From a virus, in IMG/VR virus record IMGVR_UViG_3300023107_000001, positions 1 to 40,815 of that record: a stretch of 40,815 bases of DNA; one strand, written 5' to 3'. Below, piece by piece: positions 24,365-34,843 of this stretch. Under the pieces are notes generated by a model. That model was not told the origin of the DNA and did not search any database. It saw only the letters and a program-made list of their open reading frames with translations. Each line of letters opens with the position of its first letter. Position 1 is the first letter of the stretch. Made by a program: the position numbers and the translations under genes.

Positions 24365-26836
24365 TTAAATTAATCTCCCACAAGGAGAAAATCCTGGCAT
24401 CGTGGCTTGTATATTTACTTTAGCCCCAGCCTGCTGATTTCTAAGCCTGAACTGAATAAACTTACCTACTTGATTAATAAAGACCTTGTACCATTTCTTA
24501 GTTCCATCTTCAAAAACCATGTTTGTCATATTCCCCATGTACGGGTCAGCCGAAAGATTATTCAGTTGAGTATTATGACCTACATCATTAGTAATAATAT
24601 CAATCGTCATCTTTGCAGATTCCGCTGTACCTACATAGCCACCAGATGTATAAACCCCATAAGCGGTTGAATCTATTCCATTAAGAGAGAAAGAGGTAGG
24701 GTCAATCACCGTAATAAATACGCTCATGCCATTTAATTCTGTTGTGCCACCAATCCTAAAGAAGTTAACTTGGTCTCCGCTCTGAAGGTTATGACCAGTT
24801 TCTGTCGTAATAACACATGGATCTGAGTTAGTGATACTATCTATAGCGATGTTTCTTTGTAGGTTAGTGCCTGTAGCGTCTACATACATATAAAGCCAAC
24901 CACACCTAACCTTTCTATCTTGGTCTATATAAGGATTAAACTTTTTAAAGAGAGATGAGAAAGGAATAACTCTAGTTGCTCTACCACCAGAAGTATAAGC
25001 CCCAAAGCTAGAGGCTGGTACGATAGCTGTGGACACATCCAATCTAAACGTATTTGGATTAACAATCTGAACTACAGGGAATTGCTGATTATTAATCTCC
25101 TCCATCCCTACAATGCCTGTTAAAAATATATAATCGGCACTTAAATCAGGGTCACTATTAGCATTAGAAACATTGTTTAATCGGTAGTTATTAAAATCAG
25201 AAGTAACTTCAATTGTGACATCGTCTATAACCGTAATGTTGTAGATTCTAACTGGATTATCTTCTTCTTCAGTGACCGCTAACCTCCAAATCTCACCATT
25301 TTGACCGCCACCTAAACTAAACGGAGCGCCTGAATTATAAGAAAATGAGTTCCAATCTCCATAAGCAGCCGCAAAAGAATCCCAGTTAGGATAAATTAAT
25401 AGATCATTCCAAGTGATAGTAAAGGAAGCGATGTATGTACCCATACAAGACAGAGGCAAACGATAGATAGAATAGTTATCTTCATCATAGTTGGTAGTTA
25501 ATATTCTTTTAGAGGTGTCAGACCCAGCTGGAGGATAAATAAGATAATGGTCTCTATCAGCATCGACTGTGCCTGCAAAGCAAAGGTTGAAGTTATTAAA
25601 GGTTGAGCTTGCATCCCCGCGTCCATCAACCTCATTAAAAGTAAAATCTGGGATGGAAACATCTTGTCTTTCAACGCGGTAACCATCTGACATAATTAGA
25701 CCGCGCTTAGAAGCCGCAGAAGTTCGATTTAAGTAGGTTATCACGCTAAAGGCAGCATCACATCCACGGGACTCATCTATGCGATCTAAAACGAAAGGAG
25801 TGGTGTCGTTGCCGGTATACTTTAATACCCAAGTGCTCGCTTCAGTAAAAATAAGCAAGTCATCACGATTAAAAGCAGCACCCTGAATCCAAGTACCATC
25901 CGGAATATCGATAAAACCCGCTCCAGTCGCAGACGTTCTAAAATCATCGCTGTTAACTCCTGTTCCTGAAATACGAATTCTTTTAGGGTAGATAGTACCA
26001 TTCTCTGTCGTGCGCAACAGAATCAAGCGATCTTTCATTTCAACCATAACAAGGCAAGTAAGTGTTGAAACAGCTACGGGAATAGCAGCGGAAGTCATCA
26101 TTTGATAGGCATATACACTGACGTTTGCACCATCGTATTGCTGGATCACGTCTTTATTATTACTAAATAAAAGTCTAGGTAAGCTTGTGGCGCTGTCGTA
26201 ATTTACCCAGGTGAAGAACTGAAATTTATTACCCGTGTAAGGAGTCGTAGTAATATCTTCTAATATGTTTGTGTTAGCGTTATACCGGTTTACGCGCTGA
26301 GTGTCGGCCACGATCAACTGCTTCGAGTTATCATTTGAAACGTAGTTGGCTATCATCATTACTGGATTTCCAGGCATGAAAGAATAGGAGGCTGTGACAG
26401 TCGAAAAGTTTAAAGGAGCAGCATTGAAAGTAACAGATATTGCACCTGTAGTATAATTAATAGTTCCTACTCCATCACCCGTAAAACCTCCAACTCCATT
26501 ATCAGTTAAGACTTGAACGGGATTAGAGCCTGTAACAACGACACTCCCTCTAGCAATCTGACCATTACCTGCTAAAGTAAACACCCTGTTAGTTCCATTC
26601 TTAGGTCCCACCATAGCAACGCCAGTTAAAGCGCTAACTATTCTGGATTCACGGTAGGGAGCACCCCCTTTTTCACCCGTAGCAAAATAATTGTACCCAT
26701 CTCTTTTAGACATAGTTCCGCGGTAAACGTCGCCATCAAACAGTTGTTCTTGAGCGTCATCTGGGATAAGCCAAGGCTGAAGCCTTTTTTCTAAGCCTGT
26801 AGAGAAATTTGAGATTAGATAGCTCTGATATCCCAT
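24365..26836 (-). CDS. large tail or nozzle-type structural protein carrying two FCCH-like beta-barrel inserts
   Basis: 823 aa. Motifs CVITTETGHNLQSGDQVNFFRIGGTTELNG...FSL and GIVGMEEINNQQFPVV...FRL. Confidence 0.6.
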   Translation of the reverse strand: MGYQSYLISNFSTGLEKRLQPWLIPDDAQEQLFDGDVYRGTMSKRDGYNYFATGEKGGAPYRESRIVSALTGVAMVGPKNGTNRVFTLAGNGQIARGSVVVTGSNPVQVLTDNGVGGFTGDGVGTINYTTGAISVTFNAAPLNFSTVTASYSFMPGNPVMMIANYVSNDNSKQLIVADTQRVNRYNANTNILEDITTTPYTGNKFQFFTWVNYDSATSLPRLLFSNNKDVIQQYDGANVSVYAYQMMTSAAIPVAVSTLTCLVMVEMKDRLILLRTTENGTIYPKRIRISGTGVNSDDFRTSATGAGFIDIPDGTWIQGAAFNRDDLLIFTEASTWVLKYTGNDTTPFVLDRIDESRGCDAAFSVITYLNRTSAASKRGLIMSDGYRVERQDVSIPDFTFNEVDGRGDASSTFNNFNLCFAGTVDADRDHYLIYPPAGSDTSKRILTTNYDEDNYSIYRLPLSCMGTYIASFTITWNDLLIYPNWDSFAAAYGDWNSFSYNSGAPFSLGGGQNGEIWRLAVTEEEDNPVRIYNITVIDDVTIEVTSDFNNYRLNNVSNANSDPDLSADYIFLTGIVGMEEINNQQFPVVQIVNPNTFRLDVSTAIVPASSFGAYTSGGRATRVIPFSSLFKKFNPYIDQDRKVRCGWLYMYVDATGTNLQRNIAIDSITNSDPCVITTETGHNLQSGDQVNFFRIGGTTELNGMSVFITVIDPTSFSLNGIDSTAYGVYTSGGYVGTAESAKMTIDIITNDVGHNTQLNNLSADPYMGNMTNMVFEDGTKKWYKVFINQVGKFIQFRLRNQQAGAKVNIQATMPGFSPCGRLI

Positions 26837-27609
26837 TACATCATCCGTTTAAATTTTAAAATTTTGATCATGTGTTCTAACCAATTATTTTTATTCATTG
26901 CTAGCTTCATAAAATTACAAGTCTTGCAACATGGGACGCAATTAGATTTTAAATAACCAATTTCAGGATCCACTCTGTCAATTCCATTCCACATAAAAAA
27001 CCTGTCTTTAACATCTAAAACATCTTTAAAATTATGTTTTTGAATTGGTTCACATCCGCAATAATCACATTTAGACTTAATCAAAGATTCAAAATAATCT
27101 AAATCAAGATCGAATAATATTTTACTGCTTACAGCTCTTTTTTTGTAAGATTTGTATATACTGCTCACAGCCATCACCTTCTCGTCTTTCAATCGGGCAC
27201 ATCCGCAAGACACAGTATTACCACTAGTTAAGGCTTGGCCTTTAACCTCTCTATACTTCCCGCATTCACATATAACTTTAAAATATGAAAACGAATTGCA
27301 AAGATCGTTGTTTAATTTCTCTAAAACCCTTAGTCTCCCAAACTTTTTATAAAGCAAAGAAGAAGAGCACCCACAATCTTTCGCTCCCCTGAAAAGGTTT
27401 TTAGATTCCACAGCGACTACACTTCCGCAAACGCACACCCTTTCCCATATCGCATAATAACTCGAACGTCCAACACGCTTAACCACTAACCAAGAACCAA
27501 ATACCTTACCTGAATGATCAATAAATTTTGGCATACATCCCCCATTTTTTATATGAGATAATACTTCTAAACCATAATTTTTCACCATAAGATAAGGTTG
27601 GTATGTCAT
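26836..27609 (-). CDS. HNH homing-type endonuclease with duplicated Cys-rich N-terminal modules
   Basis: CDYCGC...WNGIDRVDPEIGYLKSNCVPCCKTCNFMK. Both the upstream and downstream gene junctions are TAATG overlaps. Confidence 0.7.
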   Translation of the reverse strand: MTYQPYLMVKNYGLEVLSHIKNGGCMPKFIDHSGKVFGSWLVVKRVGRSSYYAIWERVCVCGSVVAVESKNLFRGAKDCGCSSSLLYKKFGRLRVLEKLNNDLCNSFSYFKVICECGKYREVKGQALTSGNTVSCGCARLKDEKVMAVSSIYKSYKKRAVSSKILFDLDLDYFESLIKSKCDYCGCEPIQKHNFKDVLDVKDRFFMWNGIDRVDPEIGYLKSNCVPCCKTCNFMKLAMNKNNWLEHMIKILKFKRMM

Positions 27610-28223
27610 TATTTAGCCCTATAAAAAAGTCGATAACTCCACACACCACTATTATTATTTCCAGGCGCCATCTTAACTTTCAAATCTAAGTTGGTTGCAG
27701 ATGTAGAGAAAGCCATAGTTAAGCTAACTGATAAGTCTGTACTAGAACTCGTTGAAAAAGTTTTTCCATACGTGTATCCGTTAACTACAGTAGCGTTAGA
27801 GACAAAAGCCCCGGGTTGAATAATTAAATCTTTGAAAAAGAATATTTCCCCATACACATTTGCAGGAACAGAATGAACAACAAAAAAATTAGTTAAATCC
27901 ATGATATTTACAGTTCCAAACTCAAAATCTTGGGTAGGAGTTATTTGATAGTCTTTTGTGCCGTTATAAAACCTGAGTTGAGGTTTACTTGCGCCGTCTA
28001 GACTTGTGTACAAGATAGAGTTTGCCCCTGTAGGTAAAGAGCCTGGGGATGACCTGGCAATCATTGTCATTTGTCGATGGTAACCATCTGTCGCTTGAGC
28101 TGTGTCATTAAACACATGATCTTTTGTTATAATCTTCTTCAGCTGAGCGAAGTTAGCGCTGTTTTGCATCGGGAAAAGCCCAGGAGACTGCGAAGCATTG
28201 GGCACGTTAGGATCAAATGACAT
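27609..28223 (-). CDS. virion structural protein
   Basis: The start is moved to the ATG at 28223 (GGAG RBS). Confidence 0.5.
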   Translation of the reverse strand: MSFDPNVPNASQSPGLFPMQNSANFAQLKKIITKDHVFNDTAQATDGYHRQMTMIARSSPGSLPTGANSILYTSLDGASKPQLRFYNGTKDYQITPTQDFEFGTVNIMDLTNFFVVHSVPANVYGEIFFFKDLIIQPGAFVSNATVVNGYTYGKTFSTSSSTDLSVSLTMAFSTSATNLDLKVKMAPGNNNSGVWSYRLFYRAK

Positions 28224-28225
28224 AG

Positions 28226-28903
28226 TTAAAACTCCGGTGAAGGGCGTTGATTTTGATACTGTGAATAGGTGCGAGAGTAAACCAGTGCGCGGTAGCGCTG
28301 ATAAGCAGGGAAAATATCTCTCCACTTATCCATCTCTCCAAAATCTGAAAATATATCTAACGCCGCACCGTAGCAGACGTAACGATAAATGTAATCTTGC
28401 TGCAACCCTTGGTAAGAAGGGTTATAAGATTCGTTAGTTAATTGCAGTTCAACTTGATAAGCAGCAATCTTAATTGTGTAAGATTTTTCTGGAGGACCTC
28501 TAAACGTCAACTCATTATTATAGTAAAGAACATTGGTTGGTCTTTGAGGTTGATACGTTTGAGTTTCCGGCCATAAACCATAAAATTCTTTAGGATCTTG
28601 ATACCAAAACACGGGGAATCCATCAGCGTAACAAGGAGGTTCAATTGTTGATGCGCCGACATTCCCCTTATCTAAGATTAGTGCCTGAAGGTTTACTGGG
28701 TATGGATTAGGATCTGTAGGAGAAAAAGGGAATTCCCACCAGGTTTTATTTTTAAATATACGAATATCTTGCGTAGCTTGTAGCTGAATAAAATCCTGAA
28801 GATACTGGAGCATAATCTCGTTAGTAAATTGAGGATCGGAAGCATCTACACGCCCGGTCACATTCCGTAAGATTAAAATTAGATCGCCTACTGACTTAGC
28901 CAT
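28226..28903 (-). CDS. virion structural protein (possible head-tail adaptor)
   Basis: Its position between the capsid and tail genes. Confidence 0.45.
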   Translation of the reverse strand: MAKSVGDLILILRNVTGRVDASDPQFTNEIMLQYLQDFIQLQATQDIRIFKNKTWWEFPFSPTDPNPYPVNLQALILDKGNVGASTIEPPCYADGFPVFWYQDPKEFYGLWPETQTYQPQRPTNVLYYNNELTFRGPPEKSYTIKIAAYQVELQLTNESYNPSYQGLQQDYIYRYVCYGAALDIFSDFGEMDKWRDIFPAYQRYRALVYSRTYSQYQNQRPSPEF

Positions 28904-28912
28904 ACCCCTCCG

Positions 28913-29380
28913 TTAAGCAACAAGCTCAAGTAAATGACATGAGAATCTGTTTCTTTCGCCAATCTGCTTAGTTTCAGTGCGAGTTTCACCACCGTTTTCA
29001 ACTTTGCACTCAGCAAAGATTGGAACTGCTAGATTATTAAGAAACTTAACAACTGGCAGTGGTAACTCATAAGTGCAACCAGGCTTTAATTGTCCAACCC
29101 AGTCAATCTCACGTGTACGGCACTTAACTTTTAAGACGTTTTCTGGTTGGTCAAAGCGTTGAAATTTAACTTTAACTTTCTTATGAAAAGTCTCATCCGG
29201 CACGCGCACAGGAATTGGCGGATCACAACGAGGGTTACTCTTCTTTGCTTCTCTAAACGCTTTACGCGCGTGTAAATTCCAAACTGCATAATCTTCAACA
29301 GTATTAAGTTCGAAAGTGTCGAAGTCGAAAGGCTTCTCCATTTCGGCTTGCTCTGCTTTAGTTTCCATTTTTCTACTCAT
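28913..29380 (-). CDS. hypothetical virion-module protein
   Basis: ORF with an AGGAGAA RBS. Confidence 0.5.
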   Translation of the reverse strand: MSRKMETKAEQAEMEKPFDFDTFELNTVEDYAVWNLHARKAFREAKKSNPRCDPPIPVRVPDETFHKKVKVKFQRFDQPENVLKVKCRTREIDWVGQLKPGCTYELPLPVVKFLNNLAVPIFAECKVENGGETRTETKQIGERNRFSCHLLELVA

Positions 29381-29399
29381 TTTTATTCTCCTGAATTAA

Positions 29400-29419
29400 G
29401 GGCAGAGTTTCCCCTGCCC
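29400..29419 (-). terminator. hairpin downstream of the capsid-associated gene (attenuator or terminator candidate)
   Basis: GGGCAG-N8-CTGCCC. The downstream U-tract on the minus strand is weak (UUAAUUC). Confidence 0.3.
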
Positions 29420-29425
29420 GTTGTA

Positions 29426-30190
29426 TTAAGACGCTGTACCACGGTTTACGTAGCTATTAAACTGCCATGCAGTAAAGTAAATTACGTCTCCCGTAAGGCC
29501 CATGATATCTGTGCCTAATGTCAATTGAACTACAGGCGGGTAATCAACGATTGCCTTGTGAGGAAATGCTGAAGTCACCGGCTGAGCTGGGTTTCCAAGA
29601 GCAGGCGCAATCTTTGTAATCTGAGCGCTACTAGCGGTATAAGTTCCAACCGTTTGAAAAGGGGTTCCCCGAATTCTGTACAATTGGAATGAAGTTGCGT
29701 TTACAACCTTAACAAGATAAGTACGGTTGTTGATCGAAGCTGCCATCGTACCTTGAGCTTTCGTGATAATGACTCGGTCGTTATCAGAAAGGTTATGGTT
29801 GGTGCTTGTGGTAACTACACCTGGAGTTCCAGCAGAGATAGTCGCAGCAACTAGATGCTCATCATAGAAACCACCTGGGATAGTAGAGTCTGCAATACCA
29901 TTAGCGCCTTCAACTACAGCTGAAAGAACAGCTGTCGCTCTATTAAACGTTAAGCCGCCAGGGAGAGCCATATCTCTAAACCAGACGCCCTGAATATTGG
30001 CCGCGCCTCCAGTTCCACCGGTGGCATATTTAGTGGCGTTGTACCACTCAAACTTATCTGGAAAGTAAGGAAGAGATAGGTTGTAAGCTGCTCCCGCAGA
30101 GACCACATACCCACCATAACTATTCGTTACTTGTCCAAGCTCTCTGATTCCTGAGAATCGGTTAGCTGTATTTCCTAATGGCGCTGTCAT
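29426..30190 (-). CDS. capsid-associated protein (decoration or fibre-type) with an FCCH-like beta-barrel
   Basis: GVVTTSTNHNLSDNDRVIITKAQGTMAASINNRTYLVKVVNATSFQLY. It lies immediately after the major capsid gene. Confidence 0.5.
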   Translation of the reverse strand: MTAPLGNTANRFSGIRELGQVTNSYGGYVVSAGAAYNLSLPYFPDKFEWYNATKYATGGTGGAANIQGVWFRDMALPGGLTFNRATAVLSAVVEGANGIADSTIPGGFYDEHLVAATISAGTPGVVTTSTNHNLSDNDRVIITKAQGTMAASINNRTYLVKVVNATSFQLYRIRGTPFQTVGTYTASSAQITKIAPALGNPAQPVTSAFPHKAIVDYPPVVQLTLGTDIMGLTGDVIYFTAWQFNSYVNRGTAS

Positions 30191-30205
30191 GAATTTCTCC
30201 TTTTA

Positions 30206-31150
30206 TTAACCTTTAGTGCTTCGTAATGCTACGCACCAGCTATCATCAAGGATCACTGACCCTAAACGACCTTTCCAGCCCATAGTTTGTCTTTGGTTCA
30301 ACGGATCCTGACCAGCTCCTAGGGGCTTAATGATCATTTCCATCGATTGATCATCAATAGAAATACGGCCGTAGGCGTTAGCAGCAAACAATAGGTTGTA
30401 ATAAATAGCAGGAGATACAGACGTGTCTTTATATCCTTCAGATGTTTTGACAATGCGAACTTCATCACATGATCCAAATTCAGCTTCAAGCACAGACTGT
30501 TGACGTGGGTAGTCAGCAGTAGGAAGAAAGTTAGATAGGTTTTTAAAGTCTGAACGTAGATCGGTTGAAATAATCATCCAGTAAGCTGCCCATACAGGAG
30601 CTGTACCGAAGGCGTTTGTACCTTCTTGGTTAGGAGACAACTTCTTACCGTTGTTACCTTCTAAGTAATCAACAGCTAACTCTAAGTCAGTAGTTGTAAC
30701 TTCAGTGATCGCATTTCCGTTAACGCCGTTTAGGCAGTCAATCTGAGCTGCTGTTGCAACAAGCATGTTACGTACGATTTTATCGTATGTAGACGCCATA
30801 TTCTGCGCGAGCATGTCGGCGACTTCGTTAGCTGTTTGATCCTGCACAGTAACAATAACGTCATCAGAAAGTTCGACGACTTTTCCGTACTGCTGAACAA
30901 CTGCTGTAATATCAAATTTAGTTACCTGCTCAGTAGCTGGAGTAACCCCTTCGACTAGCGGCGTTAAAGCGTCAGACAAGTTGTCAAATCGACGGAAAAT
31001 AGCCGTCTTACTGTTCTTCTGAGGAATTCTTCGCTCTTGAGCAAAGTATCCATAGACGTAATACGGCTGATGCCGATCAAGCAAAATGTTATCAAAGAAC
31101 AAGTTAACCTCTGGGTCAACTTGGACTGTTGTAGTCGTTCCAGTAGCCAT
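30206..31150 (-). CDS. major capsid protein (HK97 fold, N4-gp56-like)
   Basis: FRRF..LSDALTPLVEGVTP...QQYG, about 315 aa, downstream of the scaffold gene. The start is moved to the ATG at 31150 (GGAGA RBS). Confidence 0.75.
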   Translation of the reverse strand: MATGTTTTVQVDPEVNLFFDNILLDRHQPYYVYGYFAQERRIPQKNSKTAIFRRFDNLSDALTPLVEGVTPATEQVTKFDITAVVQQYGKVVELSDDVIVTVQDQTANEVADMLAQNMASTYDKIVRNMLVATAAQIDCLNGVNGNAITEVTTTDLELAVDYLEGNNGKKLSPNQEGTNAFGTAPVWAAYWMIISTDLRSDFKNLSNFLPTADYPRQQSVLEAEFGSCDEVRIVKTSEGYKDTSVSPAIYYNLLFAANAYGRISIDDQSMEMIIKPLGAGQDPLNQRQTMGWKGRLGSVILDDSWCVALRSTKG

Positions 31151-31212
31151 TTTAATCTCCAAGTCAAAATATTTATTGACGCCAGAGACAAAATTTTTTT
31201 ACGTCTTTGTCT

Positions 31213-31884
31213 CTAGGCTTCGCCTCGGAGGACCTTTTGACGGTAATCACGGAACTCTTTTTTACCTTGTATGCTCCTAAGATATTCGACGCCTTCTGGC
31301 CTTGCAGACTTTCCGACTTCCGAAGGAGATCTTGGCTTCTGAGCGTTTTCTATAATCCTACGACCATCGTTACTGTTTGACTGTCTGACCAATGGCTTTT
31401 CTTCCACTAGGTGCATATAGTCTTGAACAATTTCATACGCTCGCGCGTAGCGGTTCTGAGCTGTGTCTACCGAACTGGCCAACCAAGGCTTTTTTTCTAA
31501 AATCGGTTTCAAATACTTATTTATTTTTTGAACAGCCTCAGGATTCATATCTTGATAGAGAGTTTCTAGGATATCCCGCTTAGTGTGAGCTGTACTCTGA
31601 GCAAGATGCTGTCTCTCTACGAGAGCGTTAGGATCTTCCTCTTCTTCCTTTTCACCTGGAGCGTTCATCTTATTTAGATATTGTTGGTAAGCCTGCTGCG
31701 CAGCTTCAGCTTTTAAAGCGCGCGTTTCTGCTTCCTGCAATTTCTTCCTAGTCGCTAACATCGCAGAAAGAGGGACCATCTTCTGGCCATCTTGTTGATC
31801 TTCCTGGGGATCACCATTCTGTTGCTCGGAGACAGCAACTTCTTGGTCGTTTTCCTCTACATGTTCTTCTTCACTCATATTCAA
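31213..31884 (-). CDS. scaffolding protein
   Basis: Acidic N-terminus, Ala/Gln/Glu coiled coil, and a position between the portal and capsid genes. Confidence 0.6.
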   Translation of the reverse strand: MNMSEEEHVEENDQEVAVSEQQNGDPQEDQQDGQKMVPLSAMLATRKKLQEAETRALKAEAAQQAYQQYLNKMNAPGEKEEEEDPNALVERQHLAQSTAHTKRDILETLYQDMNPEAVQKINKYLKPILEKKPWLASSVDTAQNRYARAYEIVQDYMHLVEEKPLVRQSNSNDGRRIIENAQKPRSPSEVGKSARPEGVEYLRSIQGKKEFRDYRQKVLRGEA

Positions 31885-31928
31885 CTCCCGTTTGTTACGC
31901 CCGTACTCCGGCGGCGAGTTTCGCCCAT

Positions 31929-32276
31929 TTAGCTGGCGACGCTGATAGTCTTATTAATACTTGGCATGGACAGTTTATTGTTTGGATGCATCACCCAAAT
32001 TAAACTTCTGGTTCCTGAAATGTTGTCTATCTCGTACAAATAGGCTTCCTTTTGAACGTCCGGCTGAACATCATAAGCCTTTAAAAAAGGACGAATGGTT
32101 GTCTTACCGTTCTTTCTCTTTGCGTCAGCCCTTCCGAGAATCCAATATTTCTTCTTATGGCTATTTTCTCTTACAATCTTATCCATAAGATTCATGTGAC
32201 GGTCCGCCAATCGCTGACGTGCAGCAATGTGGATTTCACCAATAGAGGGTTCTACAGATTGAGTTGCATCTAGCAT
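31929..32276 (-). CDS. hypothetical head-module protein
   Basis: ORF. Confidence 0.5.
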   Translation of the reverse strand: MLDATQSVEPSIGEIHIAARQRLADRHMNLMDKIVRENSHKKKYWILGRADAKRKNGKTTIRPFLKAYDVQPDVQKEAYLYEIDNISGTRSLIWVMHPNNKLSMPSINKTISVAS

Positions 32277-32539
32277 GGCATTCCTCGAAGATTTTCTTTC
32301 TTAGCTTGCTCATCTTTAGCGCGCATTGCTTTCATACGGTCTGCATTTCCATAGCCAGCGCCAATTTCAGAACCTTTTTTAGGGGTAGAAAGAGGATTTG
32401 TCTTATGGGAATAAAGACCTCTAGCCATGCTTCCTGCATTTCCTGTTGGCGGTTTGTAACCAGGATTCTCCTGTCCACCATAGGTATTCATGTGAGGCAT
32501 CATCTTGTTAGAAGATGCAACGCCTTTTAGTTTAGCCAT
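32270..32539 (-). CDS. small basic Gly-rich protein
   Basis: ORF directly after the portal gene. Confidence 0.45.
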   Translation of the reverse strand: MAKLKGVASSNKMMPHMNTYGGQENPGYKPPTGNAGSMARGLYSHKTNPLSTPKKGSEIGAGYGNADRMKAMRAKDEQAKKENLRGMPC

Positions 32540-32540
32540 A

Positions 32541-34601
32541 TCAAACTCCTGTAGTTATAGGGCTTTGGGTTCTCTGAGCATCATTCGTCAACTGTCTTTC
32601 AAACTTCTGCTCTTGTGTTTTGCTGATGTCAGCAGCTAAAGCCATAACATCCAACAAGCGTTTTCGATCCATATCTTGAATCTCTTTGACAGTCTTAGCG
32701 TTATCAAGAAGAGCTTTGGCATAATTCTGTTCTGCTTCTGAAGATCTTTCTCGTGCCAGGCCAATATCAGATAGAACTCTAGCTCTACGCTCTTCAGCAA
32801 GTGCTGTGTTTTGATCGATTTGGGAGAGTTCAAGTGCTTTCTGAATCTGTTCAGCTTCATCCAGTTTCTGTTGTTGAGCTTGCTGTTGCTCTGCACGCTG
32901 AGCCATCTTCTCAAGCATCTCAGTTTTGCCTTGTAGAGGTGCAGCTTCAAGAATGTCTTCCCATGGAATTGGAGCGCCTAGAGATATAAGTTGAAGCAGT
33001 TGATAGTAGTAAGCTTCTCTTTGAGTTGCGGTCTTGACGGCTTGTTTTATAGCGCAGTCATATTCTGAAAACTGACCGGAGAAAAACTCTTCTGTAGGTT
33101 CTTTTCCTGTGATTCGGAAGATTTTACCAGGTTGATAATTCTTCTGTATGGCTTCCAGAACCAACATTCCCACGTATTTTTTAGTTTGTTCCAGATTATC
33201 AAAGATACCTCGGTTACCCTTAAGACCGTTTGATGACCTAACTTCTGCGAGCTTTCCAGAAACCTGACTATCACCGGTTGAGCTGAGTCCAAGAAGTTCA
33301 TCTGAAGCTCCTGGAATTTCCATGATGTTTTTGTCGATGATGTCTTGGTATTGGAGGTATCCTGGCGGTATATTCGGTGGTGAAATCTCTCTAACGTCGG
33401 CGTTGACGTCGTACCCATCGTTGACCACGATTTGTCTTCCCTGACCAGCTTGCATGAGCATTGTTGGGTCCAGTACGGCTCCATTTTTAGTAATCCACCC
33501 TGTATTGATTATTGATTCCATTAAGTCGATGATTTGGCTATGACGGCGGTTGTACTGTCGTTGCGCATCTCGAATTGATCTCACAAGGCCTTGAATCTTA
33601 AGTTCATACGTATCTATGAGTGGCTCGTGATATAAGATAACAGGCATAAAAGGGAACGTATCCAATCCTGTAGGGTCTGGACCTGAATAAAGGAGTCTTC
33701 CACCAACAATGATGTTAAGCTCCACACTTCTCTTATGAGAGGTGATCAGCTTCACTTGCGGAGTATGAATAAGTGTTTTCTTGAGTTCTTTTTCTTCTGC
33801 TCTGGTGCCGAACCATTCTTCTGACACACCAGTCTCTTCGTCGACTAGGTATTTTTGAGCTTTATTAACTCTCTTCCAGTATTGATCATAAGTAACTAAA
33901 TTAGCTGCGATATAAGTAGAATTATACTGTCTATAGATGCCTAGATACTGATATTTATTATCTCTAATTCCAGTTGGTATACTATCAATTTCCTCGGGAT
34001 CAACCCAAGGCAGCATTGCTTTTACTTGTTCTTTTGAGAGAAGATCTCTAGTAGAGGCTTGGTCACAGTCCGAAAGATCTCTTTTAGTAAAGTATGGATC
34101 GAGCATAAGCGCATTGAAGGGCTTCCAATAGAATTTAATGTCGCCGTTGACCTTATCCTTCGAGTAATCCATATAGATGCCGACAATCGCAAGACCTGTC
34201 TTAAGTGCGTGCTCAAAAGCTTCGGAGAAGATGTAGTCGGCATTTCCCTTGTCGTAGACGTAATACATGACATTAGAAAATAGATCCGCAGTAATTTCGT
34301 CCGATCCCTCAACAGGTGCAGTGACCGTCTGGGTTCTGTTTTCTCTTTCGTACCCTGAATAGAGGTTAACCACTCGTCGAATTTTGTTAAGTTCAAGAAC
34401 CATACGGTTCTGTCTTTCAAGTTTTGTTCTCTCAAGATTTGTCCAGTTATCACCTGCATATGCCCTCAAATCGCGGTAAGCCTGAGCGTAGTACACGCCC
34501 CAAGTGCGGTAAGCATCAAAGAAAAACTGCTGCCATTGGAAAACTTTATCATTATGGTCTACAGTGTAGGCGCTTGTACCATCTGTTTGAGCTGAATACA
34601 T
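32541..34601 (-). CDS. portal protein (P22-like, with a long C-terminal helical barrel)
   Basis: 686 aa, close to TerL. The C-terminal 110 aa or so are a Gln/Glu/Ala-rich coiled coil (QRAEQQQAQQQKLDEAEQIQK...). Confidence 0.8.
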   Translation of the reverse strand: MYSAQTDGTSAYTVDHNDKVFQWQQFFFDAYRTWGVYYAQAYRDLRAYAGDNWTNLERTKLERQNRMVLELNKIRRVVNLYSGYERENRTQTVTAPVEGSDEITADLFSNVMYYVYDKGNADYIFSEAFEHALKTGLAIVGIYMDYSKDKVNGDIKFYWKPFNALMLDPYFTKRDLSDCDQASTRDLLSKEQVKAMLPWVDPEEIDSIPTGIRDNKYQYLGIYRQYNSTYIAANLVTYDQYWKRVNKAQKYLVDEETGVSEEWFGTRAEEKELKKTLIHTPQVKLITSHKRSVELNIIVGGRLLYSGPDPTGLDTFPFMPVILYHEPLIDTYELKIQGLVRSIRDAQRQYNRRHSQIIDLMESIINTGWITKNGAVLDPTMLMQAGQGRQIVVNDGYDVNADVREISPPNIPPGYLQYQDIIDKNIMEIPGASDELLGLSSTGDSQVSGKLAEVRSSNGLKGNRGIFDNLEQTKKYVGMLVLEAIQKNYQPGKIFRITGKEPTEEFFSGQFSEYDCAIKQAVKTATQREAYYYQLLQLISLGAPIPWEDILEAAPLQGKTEMLEKMAQRAEQQQAQQQKLDEAEQIQKALELSQIDQNTALAEERRARVLSDIGLARERSSEAEQNYAKALLDNAKTVKEIQDMDRKRLLDVMALAADISKTQEQKFERQLTNDAQRTQSPITTGV

Positions 34602-34843
34602 TATAGTTCGTCCTGTAATCTTACCTTTATAGACATACTGAAAACTAAAGATTTTCCATTATAGGGCTCTGTTACCACAGATCCAAGCGTCCACTCACCC
34701 TCCGGATGTTGAACTTCTTTTATCTTGCTTTCATCCATAAGGGATAGCTCCATCTTTAATAATTCTATTTGGATAAGTTTGTTTACTATCCTATTAGTAA
34801 GATCTAAAAGCTTTTGTTCTGAAGGATCGCGTTCGGCAGTCAT
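34601..34843 (-). CDS. small protein, tandem paralog 2 (ends ...VRLQDEL)
   Basis: It aligns with 34844-35089 over about 65 aa. Confidence 0.5.
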   Translation of the reverse strand: MTAERDPSEQKLLDLTNRIVNKLIQIELLKMELSLMDESKIKEVQHPEGEWTLGSVVTEPYNGKSLVFSMSIKVRLQDEL

